A DNA stretch of 62,989 nucleotides, counting the filler, from Stramenopiles sp. TOSAG23-3 (Eukaryota): assembly GCA_900128585.1 (NCBI GenBank). It is 22 parts of 22 records of this genome, joined end to end, with 100 filler letters (N's around TTAATTAATTAA, not from the genome) between each part and the next. Parts side by side here need not be neighbours in the genome. Positions count along the whole stretch, not along the records: positions 31,655 to 34,417 come from LT644597.1; positions 34,518 to 37,280 come from LT644598.1; positions 37,381 to 40,143 come from LT644599.1; positions 40,244 to 43,006 come from LT644600.1; positions 43,107 to 45,867 come from LT644601.1; 17 more parts are not named here. One strand, written 5' to 3'. Shown here piece by piece: positions 32,484 through 43,190 of this stretch (the stretch's first letter is position 1; each line of letters opens with the position of its first letter). The notes under the pieces are model-generated. The model had not been told where the DNA came from, searched no databases, and saw nothing but the letters and a program-made list of their open reading frames with translations. Both the position numbers and the translations under genes were made by a program.

Positions 32484-33821
32484 ATGCGACGACGGAGAAG
32501 CATGTCGACGAGGAAAAAGAAAGGCGTCGGTTCAGGTTCAAGTTCAGGTTCGCGACAAAATAGTACGGGTAATTCCCTCTCGATTCTTTCTGTGAATGCA
32601 TGTTGCCTTTCGGGGGGGCTGAGAAATGAACGCCTCCCATGCCTGAGCGTTTCAAGCGGAGTGTTTTTGTTTCTGTTATTGTATTTTACGATTATCTGTT
32701 TTGCGGCGTTTACCCCTTCTTGGTGGGACGCTTCAACCCAGCATTGGGTTGTCCTTTTGCTCTGTTTTTCTCTCCCGTTAACGTTTTGCTTAGGCCATGT
32801 GTTTGCCCTGCAAATGGCCAGGGTGTCGGGTTGCGTTATATCGTGTTGCACGGGAAAGCACGACTTCAAAAAGCAAAGGCTTGCTTCGTTGGTGAAACAC
32901 TATTTTGGAAAATATGACGTAGTGGCCGTCCAGGAGCTATTCGACGCCTGGCCACGGTGCTTGGACTCCAAGTTTCCAGATCTACTGATTCGGCTTGCAG
33001 AAAAGGAAGGGTTTCACTACTCCGTTAGACCACATATTCAGTGTCCTAGTGTTGGGCAGTCAAGTGGGCTACTGATACTGTCCAGGTACAGGATAGAGGA
33101 GAGTGAACACTACGTCTTTAAAGACCAGTACATTGGCGACAAGTATGCGGTGAACCGGGCATTGATGTTTGCCAGGATCGAGCTGCCAAGGAAGACGCTG
33201 GGGGAGGAAGAAAACCATTTGAATTTTTTCACCTGCCATGTTTGCCCGCAAATGAGCAACCTTGCAAAAGGTTGCCCAAAGTCTATCATAGAGAAAGGAA
33301 ACTACACACGCTCGTCACAATTCTCTGAATTGAGCGACTACATCAGTAGCCATAGTTCGACGAACGAGCTGACTGTCGTTGCTGGTGATTTTAATGCAGA
33401 TATACAATTTCCCAATGCCAATGTAATTGATAGCCTGAATAAAAGAAATCTCGGTTTTGGCGAGGCAGAATCCGGAAAAGCTATGGACACGGTCCTCACG
33501 CATATGACAAAAATAGGGCTAAGAAATGCAGGCGGGCTGGTCCCCACGTACGGCTACTTGAACAACAACGACGGGAACCCCGTAGAAACCCTGCTCACAA
33601 GCGTTAAGCAGCGGCACAAAATCATGGGGGACGATCTCATTTTCACCAACAAAAAATGCGATGAGTTGGACGCAGCGTTTTCGACTGTTCCTTTGGTTGT
33701 ACACAGCGAACCCTTCACACACTTGAGCGACCATTGGGGGATTAGCATTGTCCTGAAGAATGTAAATATGAAGAGAAACGTTGCCGGCCCAGAAAACGTG
33801 AAAGTAGTAGATACAGAGTAG
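32484..33821 (+). CDS. EEP-family phosphodiesterase, neutral sphingomyelinase-like
   Basis: YDVVAVQELF, SSGLLILSRYRI, VVAGDFN, LSDHWGI; hydrophobic N-terminal segments. Confidence 0.87.
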   Translation: MRRRRSMSTRKKKGVGSGSSSGSRQNSTGNSLSILSVNACCLSGGLRNERLPCLSVSSGVFLFLLLYFTIICFAAFTPSWWDASTQHWVVLLLCFSLPLTFCLGHVFALQMARVSGCVISCCTGKHDFKKQRLASLVKHYFGKYDVVAVQELFDAWPRCLDSKFPDLLIRLAEKEGFHYSVRPHIQCPSVGQSSGLLILSRYRIEESEHYVFKDQYIGDKYAVNRALMFARIELPRKTLGEEENHLNFFTCHVCPQMSNLAKGCPKSIIEKGNYTRSSQFSELSDYISSHSSTNELTVVAGDFNADIQFPNANVIDSLNKRNLGFGEAESGKAMDTVLTHMTKIGLRNAGGLVPTYGYLNNNDGNPVETLLTSVKQRHKIMGDDLIFTNKKCDELDAAFSTVPLVVHSEPFTHLSDHWGISIVLKNVNMKRNVAGPENVKVVDTE

Positions 33822-34518
33822 CACACATTACTCGCCTGAAGAAAGAAAGAAAGAAAGTTATACACCCGAGGTGTAATAATAACATTTACCGCTACAGACA
33901 TTTTGCTGCAAGGGCTTGGTGTTACATTATACGTATATCCGTCAAACCATATACGACGAGGAACCAAGTCAATAATGAATCCAGCATCCAAGAACTATGA
34001 TTTACCTATCTAATTTATGACTTGTAAATACTCTACACTACAATTGGTAGTAGAAAAACAAATTTTGGATGCTGCTTTTATATATATCTAATATACAATA
34101 CAAGTACACATTTCCTATTAATTAATATACTTTTTATCTAAATTTGTGTTAGGAGTACTCGCACTCTTCTTCTTTATTAGAAGGCGGTTGATTCTGATGC
34201 TGTGCCCACATTAAATATAATTTAAAAAAAAAAGATATTTCTTCTTCTTCATTCATATATTTTTTATTTATTATAACAACACACCACCATCACACACACA
34301 CATAATTATATTTTATTATTATATTATATAATTAGACTATTAATAATAAAAAAAGGAGGAGAGGGTAACTTCTTCTTCTTGCAAAAAAAGTTATAATTTT
34401 ATCCATAAAAAGACACANNNNNNNNNNNNNNNNNNNNNNNNNNNNNNNNNNNNNNNNNNNNTTAATTAATTAANNNNNNNNNNNNNNNNNNNNNNNNNNN
34501 NNNNNNNNNNNNNNNNNC

Positions 34519-37017
34519 GACAGTACGGAAGTTGCACTGCGAGAGTACGCCGGGGACGAGACCTCACAGGTTCGAAAAGCGAGGTACCTGGAAACTGAAA
34601 CCCGAAAACTTGAGAAGTTAACCACAACAGAATTGAAAGTCCGTTTGAAAAATCGCAACCTGGAGATCAAAGGTAAGAAAGCAGAACTCGTAAGCCGCCT
34701 AGCAGGGTCGATAGTCGAAGCCGGGTTTGGCGACGAGACGGGGGTATACTCGGGCGATGATAGTAGCGAAGAAGGGGACAGCGATTCTAGTTTAGAGCTG
34801 ATCGAAGCAGGGACGCCGGACGATCCCGAAGAACTGCTGGAAACCAGCAGTGCCGCAAAGCCCGCGTTTTCGAAAGGGGGAAAAGGCACCGTCTTCGATT
34901 ATCAATCCACAGGAAAATGTCCCAGCAAGGCAGAACTAGAATCGCTGTTGAAGCAACGCTTTGGATTTTCGTCGTACAGGGACGGTCAGCTGTGGGGTAT
35001 ACAGCGGACCCTGGCAGGGAAATCGTCGCTGGTGGTCATACCGACTGGTGGCGGGAAAACCCTTATCTACCAGGTTGCTGCGATGGTAAGCTCTGGGTTG
35101 ACATTGGTGATTTCTCCGCTACTGTCCCTCATGAGGGACCAATTGGAACACCTGCCGTACGGCCTTCACGGTGCTAGCTTAAATTCAACGATGGGAAAAG
35201 TAGAAACTGCCCGAGTTCTCCGTGATCTGAAAGAAAGGCGCCTGAAGGTATTGTTTGTATCGCCCGAAAGGCTGTTCAGTGCCAGCTTTCAGCGGCTGAT
35301 ATCGACCCCGGGGATTATCCCGCCAATATCCATCGCGGTTATAGATGAAGCCCACTGCGTGTCCGAGTGGTCTCACAACTTTCGGTCGGCGTACATGAGA
35401 CTGAACCAAGCGCTGCGTGGGGCATCGTCGGTCTCGCTGGGTGCCCAGTGTGTTCTAGCACTGACCGCAACTGCGACTCCCCTGGTGGTCGACCACATCG
35501 CGACGTCGCTGAAGATACCTTCCGAAGGCATTCTTTTGCAGTCGTGGAAACGCCCAAATTTGAATCTGCAAGTAGAAACCCCGAAAGACAAGTACGCCGC
35601 GCTCGCCAAGATGCTAAAATCGACTACGTTGACGGTCCGCCCGAAAACCACTGCGACCACCAAGAAAAGGACGCAAGGCTTCCACATGGTAACAAAGTCC
35701 CTTTCAACGATTGTCTACGTCTTTCGAAGAAACGACGCGGATAACGTTGCAAAATTTTTGAAAAATCAAGGGATGAATGCCGCAGCGTACCACGCAAACA
35801 TGTCTTGGCCCGACCGGCAGAAGGTTCAGTCCTCATTTATATCCGGGCGGGTGAAAATTATTGTAGCGACCGTCGCATTCGGGATGGGGCTTGACAAAGC
35901 AGACGTTCGGGGCGTCATTCACTTTCACCTGCCCAAGAGCGTAGAAAACTATATACAGGAAGTTGGCCGCGCTGGGCGGGATGGAAAAGGAAGTCTCTGC
36001 CACCTCTTTTTGGACGACCAAGACTTTATAAAAAACCACAGCCTGGCCCACGCAGACAGTATTGACAGGGTCCAAGTGAGGCGATTCTTAGAAACATTGC
36101 TCAAACCTGCGTCTGCAGCAGCAGATCGATCGCTGCAGTACCCAGTCGACTTGAATCAAGAAACGATATCTGCAAAGTTGGATATAAAGACCAATGTTAT
36201 TGAGACGCTCCTGTGCCACCTTGTATTGCCCCCCTACTCCATGCTAGACCTTCTGCCGAATGGCTGTGTGGCTTGCACAGTTACCTGCAAGTGTCCGCTA
36301 GAGAAAATTAAGAGACAGTCTACTTTGGTAAACACGATTATGAATTGTGGGACAAAAGCGACTCCTGATCCGTCGGCTGCAGCTGGACGCTCTTATGCAA
36401 GTGGGGGCGAATCGATAAAAGTTAACGTTCCACATGCGGCAAAAGTGGCCAAGGTTACAGAAAATGCAGTCCGGAGAGCGCTGGATGATTTGCGCTTTCG
36501 CGGCCTCATCACAACTTCCTGGTCAGACTTATCGTTCCGCTGCTTAATCAAGAGCGTCCCCGATGTCGAAGAGCTGGATGAAGTCGCCACGTTCTTGTGG
36601 GACAAGACAAAAAACTTCGAGACGTCCTTGAGGAAGAAAGCTGAAGTGATGTATGTAGCTGCCGCCAGTGGTTTGACCGGTGATATTATCACGTCATATT
36701 TCGACGGTAATGCGGAGGAGGCCGTCACACAGTTTCAGAAGATGCCTTTTTTAGATGTCAAGCAGAGTTTGTCCCTGCTCCGAGCTGATATCCGCGTACT
36801 GCTGCGCGATCAGCGCTGTCGTGGAAACCGGTTGGCAACCCCGCGTGCAATCACACGAATTTTCCACGGTATATCGAGCCCAGCATTTGCTTTCGATGAT
36901 TTTAAGGGCAGCGTGTTTTGGGGCAGACATATCACCTTTGATTTTAATGAGCTGCTGGGATATGTTCAACAAATATGTGTGCAGACGAAGAAGCGTGCTG
37001 TTGCACAGCAGAAATAA
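34519..37017 (+). CDS. RECQL4: RecQ4-type DNA helicase with upstream SAP domain, 5'-truncated
   Basis: PTGGGKT, DEAHCVSEWSHNFR, VATVAFGMGLDK, QEVGRAGRDG; RecQ4-type C-terminus TRIFHGISSPAF..FWG; frame open back to contig edge. Confidence 0.9.
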   Translation, partial: DSTEVALREYAGDETSQVRKARYLETETRKLEKLTTTELKVRLKNRNLEIKGKKAELVSRLAGSIVEAGFGDETGVYSGDDSSEEGDSDSSLELIEAGTPDDPEELLETSSAAKPAFSKGGKGTVFDYQSTGKCPSKAELESLLKQRFGFSSYRDGQLWGIQRTLAGKSSLVVIPTGGGKTLIYQVAAMVSSGLTLVISPLLSLMRDQLEHLPYGLHGASLNSTMGKVETARVLRDLKERRLKVLFVSPERLFSASFQRLISTPGIIPPISIAVIDEAHCVSEWSHNFRSAYMRLNQALRGASSVSLGAQCVLALTATATPLVVDHIATSLKIPSEGILLQSWKRPNLNLQVETPKDKYAALAKMLKSTTLTVRPKTTATTKKRTQGFHMVTKSLSTIVYVFRRNDADNVAKFLKNQGMNAAAYHANMSWPDRQKVQSSFISGRVKIIVATVAFGMGLDKADVRGVIHFHLPKSVENYIQEVGRAGRDGKGSLCHLFLDDQDFIKNHSLAHADSIDRVQVRRFLETLLKPASAAADRSLQYPVDLNQETISAKLDIKTNVIETLLCHLVLPPYSMLDLLPNGCVACTVTCKCPLEKIKRQSTLVNTIMNCGTKATPDPSAAAGRSYASGGESIKVNVPHAAKVAKVTENAVRRALDDLRFRGLITTSWSDLSFRCLIKSVPDVEELDEVATFLWDKTKNFETSLRKKAEVMYVAAASGLTGDIITSYFDGNAEEAVTQFQKMPFLDVKQSLSLLRADIRVLLRDQRCRGNRLATPRAITRIFHGISSPAFAFDDFKGSVFWGRHITFDFNELLGYVQQICVQTKKRAVAQQK

Positions 37018-37380
37018 CGGATTTTTTTAAAAGCAAAATTATGGCTATTTTAGAGTGTATGATAAATTTAAAATATATATAAAATAACAGCCAATTTTCT
37101 TGTTTTTAAAAAGATAAAAGATAATTCTTCTCGTTGGAATAAAAATAATTCCTCTGTGATGATGATGATTGACAACCATCAACGACGAAACGAAATTAAG
37201 AAATTAAAACATCAAGATAGGATTAGGGTTGGAACTGAAATAGTAGTAATTGATTTAAAATGAGAGTCTTAAAACATACTNNNNNNNNNNNNNNNNNNNN
37301 NNNNNNNNNNNNNNNNNNNNNNNNTTAATTAATTAANNNNNNNNNNNNNNNNNNNNNNNNNNNNNNNNNNNNNNNNNNNN

Positions 37381-38660
37381 CAGCGGGCCTTCCGACACAG
37401 AGCAAAATTTTACGGGTATACTAATGGGGACATACTGTATGGGGAAAATTTGATTACCTCGTTGCATGTGATTGCGAAAGAAATAGATGAAAAGCGGCTT
37501 CACGAACGAATATTGATTACAGGACGCCGGTTGGAACATAAATTGTCCCAAAAAGATTACATATCACAAAATCCTTACGAAGCGAACGAAAAAATTCTTC
37601 AATTCTCAAAACTTGCTGTAAGTAATATTTTCTATTTCTTTCTCACTTTGCAAAAGACGGTTCCCTAACAAAGATATTTTTGTTTTTAATCCGTTCGTAG
37701 ACGCTTGGAGTAAACAACGCCCAAGACTATTTCATTATTACCCCGTCCACTTTCAACTGGAACGTGATGCCAAAGTATGTAATAGGGCGCCCTGCCTACG
37801 ACAATTGCCTTGTGCATATGGTGAATGTACGGAGCGACATCTCGGGGGTAGATGCCACCAATACGATTGACGCCGTTCATCAGGTGGGGCGAGATGGTGT
37901 AAAAGCCGGTCACAAACGCCGGCCCGACCGTGGATGGAACAAGGTCCGATGTCGAGGGAGGTGGGTTCGGGGGATGACCGATTTGATGAAGCATATGACG
38001 TTTTTCAAAAATAATGAAATCGCTTGCAAAATACGACCAAAACAGAAACGCGGCCATTTGTGGAAATTGTATAAAAAAATATTGCAGCCGCAAATGCGAA
38101 TTCAGGATATGGCATTTATTTCTGTAAAGTTAAAACCGTACTCCAGGGTCCTGATAGTGGAAGGGTTTGCGTACAACAACTTTGTTGCGAACTTGGCAAA
38201 GAAAGTAAAGAATGGGAATATTGTGTACATGGAAATGTTTCCTAAATGCATGCGAACGAAAAAGCTCTTGAAGACGTACAAAAACGTCCAGCATATATGC
38301 GCGCCCCCTCATGTTATGCGCCACATAGGAAAACCGTCGTTGTGGAAAGACTACAGAGATCTTTACGAAAGCAAACTTTCTCCGCTTAAGATGAAGTTTG
38401 ACGCGATTCTTGTGAAGGGTAGAGCTAGGCCCCAATTCGCGGTGTGGTGTTTATTTAACAATATGGTGAAAAAGGGGGGGTACGTATACATGTTTGACAC
38501 TGCGCTCGGGGGACGCACTCATTACAAGGCTGCTGAAGATTTCTTTACAGTAGCCATGCACGATAAGACGGGGAAAGGAATCAAACGCTTGAAGCCGAAA
38601 CCTCCCATTGAATTTCCCGATCTAAATTTTGACGAGTGGTTGATGGAGTACAATTTGTGA
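37381..38660 (+). CDS. Spliced gene (exons 37381-37617, 37701-38660): glycosyltransferase-like domain plus degenerate SAM-methyltransferase-like domain; 5'-truncated
   Basis: Exon 1 FYGYTNGDILY..LITGRR; exon 2 AQDYFI..VIGRPAYDN..VDATNTIDAVHQ, then FDAILVKGRAR..KKGGYVYMFD. Confidence 0.7.
37618..37700 (+). other. Spliceosomal intron, 83 nt, phase 0
   Basis: GTAAGT donor, CTAAC branch point near 37665, T-rich tract, TAG acceptor; removal joins two conserved-looking frames. Confidence 0.85.
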
Positions 38661-38990
38661 AAATAATTTTTTAGTAAAACGTGAGTAAGCATAAATTCAA
38701 TTTTACTCTTATATATCTTTCTTTTAGTCTTCACTAATCATCCTCGTGTTCATTTGATCAGAATTGGTATTTGGATTTTTAACGATTTCAAATGACCCAA
38801 AGTCGACTTCTTCACCCAGCGTCTCGCTAAAGACCCTAAAAGAACCATTGATTCAGAACTTGTTTTGATTTATCAAGCAGCGGCGTAAATGTTTCCCAAA
38901 TTAATTTCTATTTTAATTTTTGGAGTATACATGAGATGATAGTCAAGACTAAGCACCAAAATGTTCGCACATGATGCGCGCGCCCTCTTT

Positions 38991-40142
38991 TTAAGTGTCT
39001 ATCCCTTCTACCAAAAACGATTTGAGAGTTTCAAAGTGTTTTGGAGAGCTGAACAAATCACTTTGTTCACCCAAAACCTTGCAGTACTCATTCAAACATT
39101 TTTTTCTGTCTTCCAAAAAATCTCTGTTAAACTTATGAATCCAAGTTTTATTCGGTAAATGTACACTCATAACGATCCCGTTCCCTTCCAGATAGTCATT
39201 CAACTCATAAAATTCACTGACTCGTCTATATACCCCCCATCGGTTTTCTGTCGGTTCAATCTGCTCCACCTCCACTAAATATTGGGCAAATTTACGATCG
39301 TTTGCTTTATCTTTCGTTACTTGAACGAACGGTACGGTAATCCTTAACTTGCAGCCAATCGGCATGATTTCACTTAAACTATTTTTGGTGTCAGCAAAGC
39401 GTTTCACCAAGCGTCGGCGAATGTTGAGCACCGCGTCATTATGTATTAGCAGTCCATCATTCTCATGTTTGGGAGGCGAAACGTCGCCCCCAGCAAATGC
39501 GGCAAGTTGCCGCTTGAGCGTTTGCAATCGTCTCTCGTCGTTTGCAATTGAGCATTCAAGGCCGCGTTTGTACGCAAGGGTAGATAATATAGGGGCGTTG
39601 TGCATCGATTTCAAGTACAGCTTTTTCCAGAAACATATGGAGGATGGGTGTTTGGACGGACACAACCTTTTGACTTTGTATTTTTTGTCTGCCGCGTAGT
39701 CGATATTCTCAAACATGGACCTGTTGGAGGCAACGAATTCCCACACGTCGGCATGGACGACGCCTTTCATCTTAATTTGATCTCGGTTTTCTTCCGTGTC
39801 GAACATAAAATTTCCAAAAATGCCCGAATAGACATGATTCATAAGAAACAACAGGAATTCTTCGTTAAATTCAAAGTGGGAAGGAAATTGCCGGTTCAAG
39901 TGGTAAACGACCTCCAGCCACTGCCAAAATATGGGAGAGCTCTCTCCTTTCTCGAAAGTCTTCCCAACTGCCCCATCTCCCCGCTTTTGAAATTGGAACC
40001 CAAACGCTGCAAAGTCCTTAGAAATTAAGTCCCCGAACCCACGGATCGTGCGATAGTACGGGTCCAACAACAGCTGGGCAGTAGCTGAGACCTGCGACGT
40101 CCTATCCCACCCATCACTGCAATGTACAATGCACGGGAACCC
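38991..40142 (-). CDS. Catalytically active myotubularin with coiled coil and C-terminal PX domain; 5'-truncated
   Basis: HCSDGWDRT, LLLDPYYRTIRGF, SPIFWQWL..QFPSHFEFNE; PX motifs VYRRVSEFYEL, LPNK, FLEDRKKCLNEY. Confidence 0.9.
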   Translation of the reverse strand, partial: GFPCIVHCSDGWDRTSQVSATAQLLLDPYYRTIRGFGDLISKDFAAFGFQFQKRGDGAVGKTFEKGESSPIFWQWLEVVYHLNRQFPSHFEFNEEFLLFLMNHVYSGIFGNFMFDTEENRDQIKMKGVVHADVWEFVASNRSMFENIDYAADKKYKVKRLCPSKHPSSICFWKKLYLKSMHNAPILSTLAYKRGLECSIANDERRLQTLKRQLAAFAGGDVSPPKHENDGLLIHNDAVLNIRRRLVKRFADTKNSLSEIMPIGCKLRITVPFVQVTKDKANDRKFAQYLVEVEQIEPTENRWGVYRRVSEFYELNDYLEGNGIVMSVHLPNKTWIHKFNRDFLEDRKKCLNEYCKVLGEQSDLFSSPKHFETLKSFLVEGIDT

Positions 40143-40243
40143 GNNNNNNNNNNNNNNNNNNNNNNNNNNNNNNNNNNNNNNNNNNNNTTAATTAATTAAN
40201 NNNNNNNNNNNNNNNNNNNNNNNNNNNNNNNNNNNNNNNNNNN

Positions 40244-40322
40244 AATATATTAAATACAACTAATATATATTTATAATATTTATTATATTCCTATATAAAT
40301 ATAAATATTATACTTATAACAT
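40244..40322. repeat. 79-bp AT-rich inverted repeat, left copy
   Basis: Exact reverse complement of 42928-43006. Confidence 0.95.
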
Positions 40323-40637
40323 ATAACACTACATCAATCATCTTCCTTCTTTCTTTTATAGCGGCGCGGCCGGTTGCTTTATTAACCTTCTTTACCCCAC
40401 CTCTCTTCTTCTTCCTCCTTCTTTCTTTCTTCTTTCTTTCTTCTCTTATATTTTGGTATATTAGAATGATCAACAATCATATATACAAGAAATGCATTTA
40501 AGTAAATGTAAAAGAGTAAAGAATGTTTTAATGAAAATGAATCTGGAACATTGATTGTTAAGTCATGAAATTCTTCGTACTGAACGTTGTTTTGTTGAAA
40601 AGAAGTTTGTTTGTTGTACCAAGTATATTCCAATCCA

Positions 40638-42581
40638 ATGGATGCACCGGATGCTCCGAGAACCGTCCAGAACGTGGAATTGACGGAGATCAAGAAATCC
40701 ACCTCCTCGCCTGGGTCGGTGAAGGCGAGCGTGATGCCCGAATGGTTAAACATTAATACATCATTTTGTAACATTGTAGGATGGGATGGGATGATAGTGA
40801 TGCTCTTTACACTCGTACTTGCGGGACTCTTTGGGTACCTTACATTCCTGTATACAAAGTCGTTTGAAGCGTGGAATCGGCAATTTGTTTGGTTGTTCGT
40901 GGTCTTTGGAGTGGTGTACACGTTGATGTTTCTCTCGGACTTCTTTCTTTGGAAGACTGTCGCGCGAAAGTATTTGGAAAAAAATAATGCCAGTAGCTCA
41001 AAAGGACGGACCAGAAAGAGAAAATTGCCCCCCATGATCGTAAAGTTACGGAGATTTAAACGAAAGTTTAATGTCAATGGCGCGTACTATATGTGGAAGT
41101 TGTACTTTATGGAGTTTGTGGAAAGCATGAACCAACTGTCCAATTGTTTCACCTTGTATTTATGCACGCTGCCAGTGCACGTAACAAGTAGCTTGGCGCT
41201 GGTGTTATCTGCAGATGCCTTTTTTCGTATTTATCAGCTGCAACAAACGCCGACGCCGGCAGGAAGAGACCGGCAGATAAAAGTAGATTTGGCGGTTGAC
41301 TTTCTTTGCGCGGCGGTGCCACTGTGTACGATATGGTTTGTTTATCAGATTCCTATATCGCCACGTGAGATGCTGCAAGTGACAATGTGGCCTTCGGTTT
41401 GCATGATCAGCAAGTTACGGACAATCTTTAAGCAGATTATACATGCGAGGGTGGACGATGCTATTATTCGTGTACAAAACGACATGTCCCAAAGGCGCAT
41501 GCGGAAGCGAGGAAGCATTTTTGGTGGCACGAAACGGGAACGGCAAAGTGTGGCGCAGAAGAGGTTTCCGAAAAAGTTGTCGGTTGCCTTTTCCGCTTAC
41601 AGTCTTGGGTATGGAGTGCTGTTGTTGGTGTTGGGCATTCTCCATCTTTGTTTATCCCCGTCTGGCTGCGACGAGAAGACTTGGAGGAAAGGGTGTGCCA
41701 ACAAAATACCGTTCTGCAAAAATATATTCATACCGTCGTGCGACTGTGCGTCGTTGCACATTGTAAACGATTTCAACCTGACAGCGTTGCCGGACAGTCT
41801 GGTGGACGAGATGACGGGGTTGAGGAAAGTTTTCATACGGCGTTGTAATTTGACAGCGTTGCCGCAAGGGATGGAAAAATTAGAGGAAATGGTGGACTTT
41901 GAAGTTTCTTATAATAAGCTCAAAGCGTTTGACGTGAACGTTTTGAAGTGGACAAAATTGACTAATTTAATTTTGACGGAAAATAATATTACACGGTACA
42001 ATAAAATGTCGGTGTGGACACACCCTGGTTTGGCTGCTATTGCACTGGCTGGTAATGTGGGACTACAGATGCCTGCTACGGGAATATTTATGCCATCGCT
42101 GAACTACCTAAACTTTGAAGAAAATAAAATGACATTTAATTCACCATTTGAAGACGGATCCTTCCCACAGCTGATAGATTTATATTTAAGCGGGAATCAT
42201 TTGAACTCATTTCCTGGCAAGAACTTGCACAACATACTGTATTTGGGTATTGCTCGGTGCGGTCTTATCCATGTTCCAAAAGCTGTATTGAAGTATCACA
42301 ATCTGCAATATTTGGATGCAAGAGACAATAATATTACTGCTGTGAGTACTGATTTGAGAGAATTGATAGCAAAAAATAAGGTAGAGGCGTACTTTTCCGG
42401 AAATTTGATTTGCAAAGATGATTCATCGTTAGACTGTGTACCGCTTTGCTCCAAAACTTGTTGGAGTAGGGAGTTCTCCGTTCATCTTTTTCTTCTCTTT
42501 TTTTTTTCGCTCTTCTTCTTTCTTTTTTTCCTTCTTCTTTTCCTTCTCTGCCCTTCTCTTGTCCTTCTTCTGCACTGTTAG
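40638..42581 (+). CDS. Multi-pass membrane protein with extracellular LRRs; C-terminus apparently disrupted near 42470
   Basis: About 5 TMs, Cys-rich LRR cap, LxxLxLxxNxL repeats, GNLIC..DCVPLCSKTCWSR, then abrupt TTC-rich low complexity. Confidence 0.8.
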   Translation: MDAPDAPRTVQNVELTEIKKSTSSPGSVKASVMPEWLNINTSFCNIVGWDGMIVMLFTLVLAGLFGYLTFLYTKSFEAWNRQFVWLFVVFGVVYTLMFLSDFFLWKTVARKYLEKNNASSSKGRTRKRKLPPMIVKLRRFKRKFNVNGAYYMWKLYFMEFVESMNQLSNCFTLYLCTLPVHVTSSLALVLSADAFFRIYQLQQTPTPAGRDRQIKVDLAVDFLCAAVPLCTIWFVYQIPISPREMLQVTMWPSVCMISKLRTIFKQIIHARVDDAIIRVQNDMSQRRMRKRGSIFGGTKRERQSVAQKRFPKKLSVAFSAYSLGYGVLLLVLGILHLCLSPSGCDEKTWRKGCANKIPFCKNIFIPSCDCASLHIVNDFNLTALPDSLVDEMTGLRKVFIRRCNLTALPQGMEKLEEMVDFEVSYNKLKAFDVNVLKWTKLTNLILTENNITRYNKMSVWTHPGLAAIALAGNVGLQMPATGIFMPSLNYLNFEENKMTFNSPFEDGSFPQLIDLYLSGNHLNSFPGKNLHNILYLGIARCGLIHVPKAVLKYHNLQYLDARDNNITAVSTDLRELIAKNKVEAYFSGNLICKDDSSLDCVPLCSKTCWSREFSVHLFLLFFFSLFFFLFFLLLFLLCPSLVLLLHC

Positions 42582-42614
42582 CATGGCGTCTCTCGCGACA
42601 CCATCGTCGTGGTC

Positions 42615-42850
42615 GTCTTCTTCTTCCTTGTTGAACATTTCGACCTCCTCGGTTTCTTCTTCGTCCTCTTTTTCATCGCCCGACTTCGGAGCGTCTTTGT
42701 TCTCGTCTTCTTCCTTGTTGCGCATTTCGACCTCTTCGTTTTCTTCTTCGTCCTCTTTTTTATCGCCCGACTTTGGAGAGTCTTTGTTCTCTTCTTCTTC
42801 CTTGTTGAGCATTTCAACCTCCTCGTTTTCTTCTTCGTCCTCTTTTCCGT
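42615..42850 (-). repeat. 87-bp tandem repeat encoding a 29-aa acidic unit (probable gene fragment)
   Basis: EEVEMxNKEExENKDxPKSGDxKEDEEE about 2.7 times; period is a multiple of 3. Confidence 0.8.
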
Positions 42851-42927
42851 CATCGTTTTTCGTGGTCTCGCCAGTCTTTTCCCGGTTTTCTTCTTCGGTT
42901 TCTTCGGCTTCCTCCTCGTCGCCGTCA

Positions 42928-43006
42928 ATGTTATAAGTATAATATTTATATTTATATAGGAATATAATAAATATTATAAATATATATTAGTTGTATTTAA
43001 TATATT
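42928..43006. repeat. 79-bp AT-rich inverted repeat, right copy
   Basis: Exact reverse complement of 40244-40322. Confidence 0.95.
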
Positions 43007-43106
43007 NNNNNNNNNNNNNNNNNNNNNNNNNNNNNNNNNNNNNNNNNNNNTTAATTAATTAANNNNNNNNNNNNNNNNNNNNNNNNNNNNNNNNNNNNNN
43101 NNNNNN

Positions 43107-43190
43107 AGTTCGGGTCTCATTTCAAGTGCATGGATCTTTTGGACGAGTCGAAGCTGAAAGGGGATCACCTTCGCGACACGCTCTCAAAAA
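43107..43190 (+). pseudogene. Fragment of a paralogue of the downstream vWA gene
   Basis: FGSHFKCMDLLDESKL aligns with FGCHLKEFDLLDETKL in 43674-44744. Confidence 0.6.

Noticed and set aside
14720-37230. TTAGGG/TAGGG motifs near 14724, 27230 and 37223 as telomeres
   Set aside because: Isolated copies, no tandem arrays
40382-41077. 231-aa minus-strand ORF
   Set aside because: Antisense to the TM-LRR gene, ends in low complexity, no motifs
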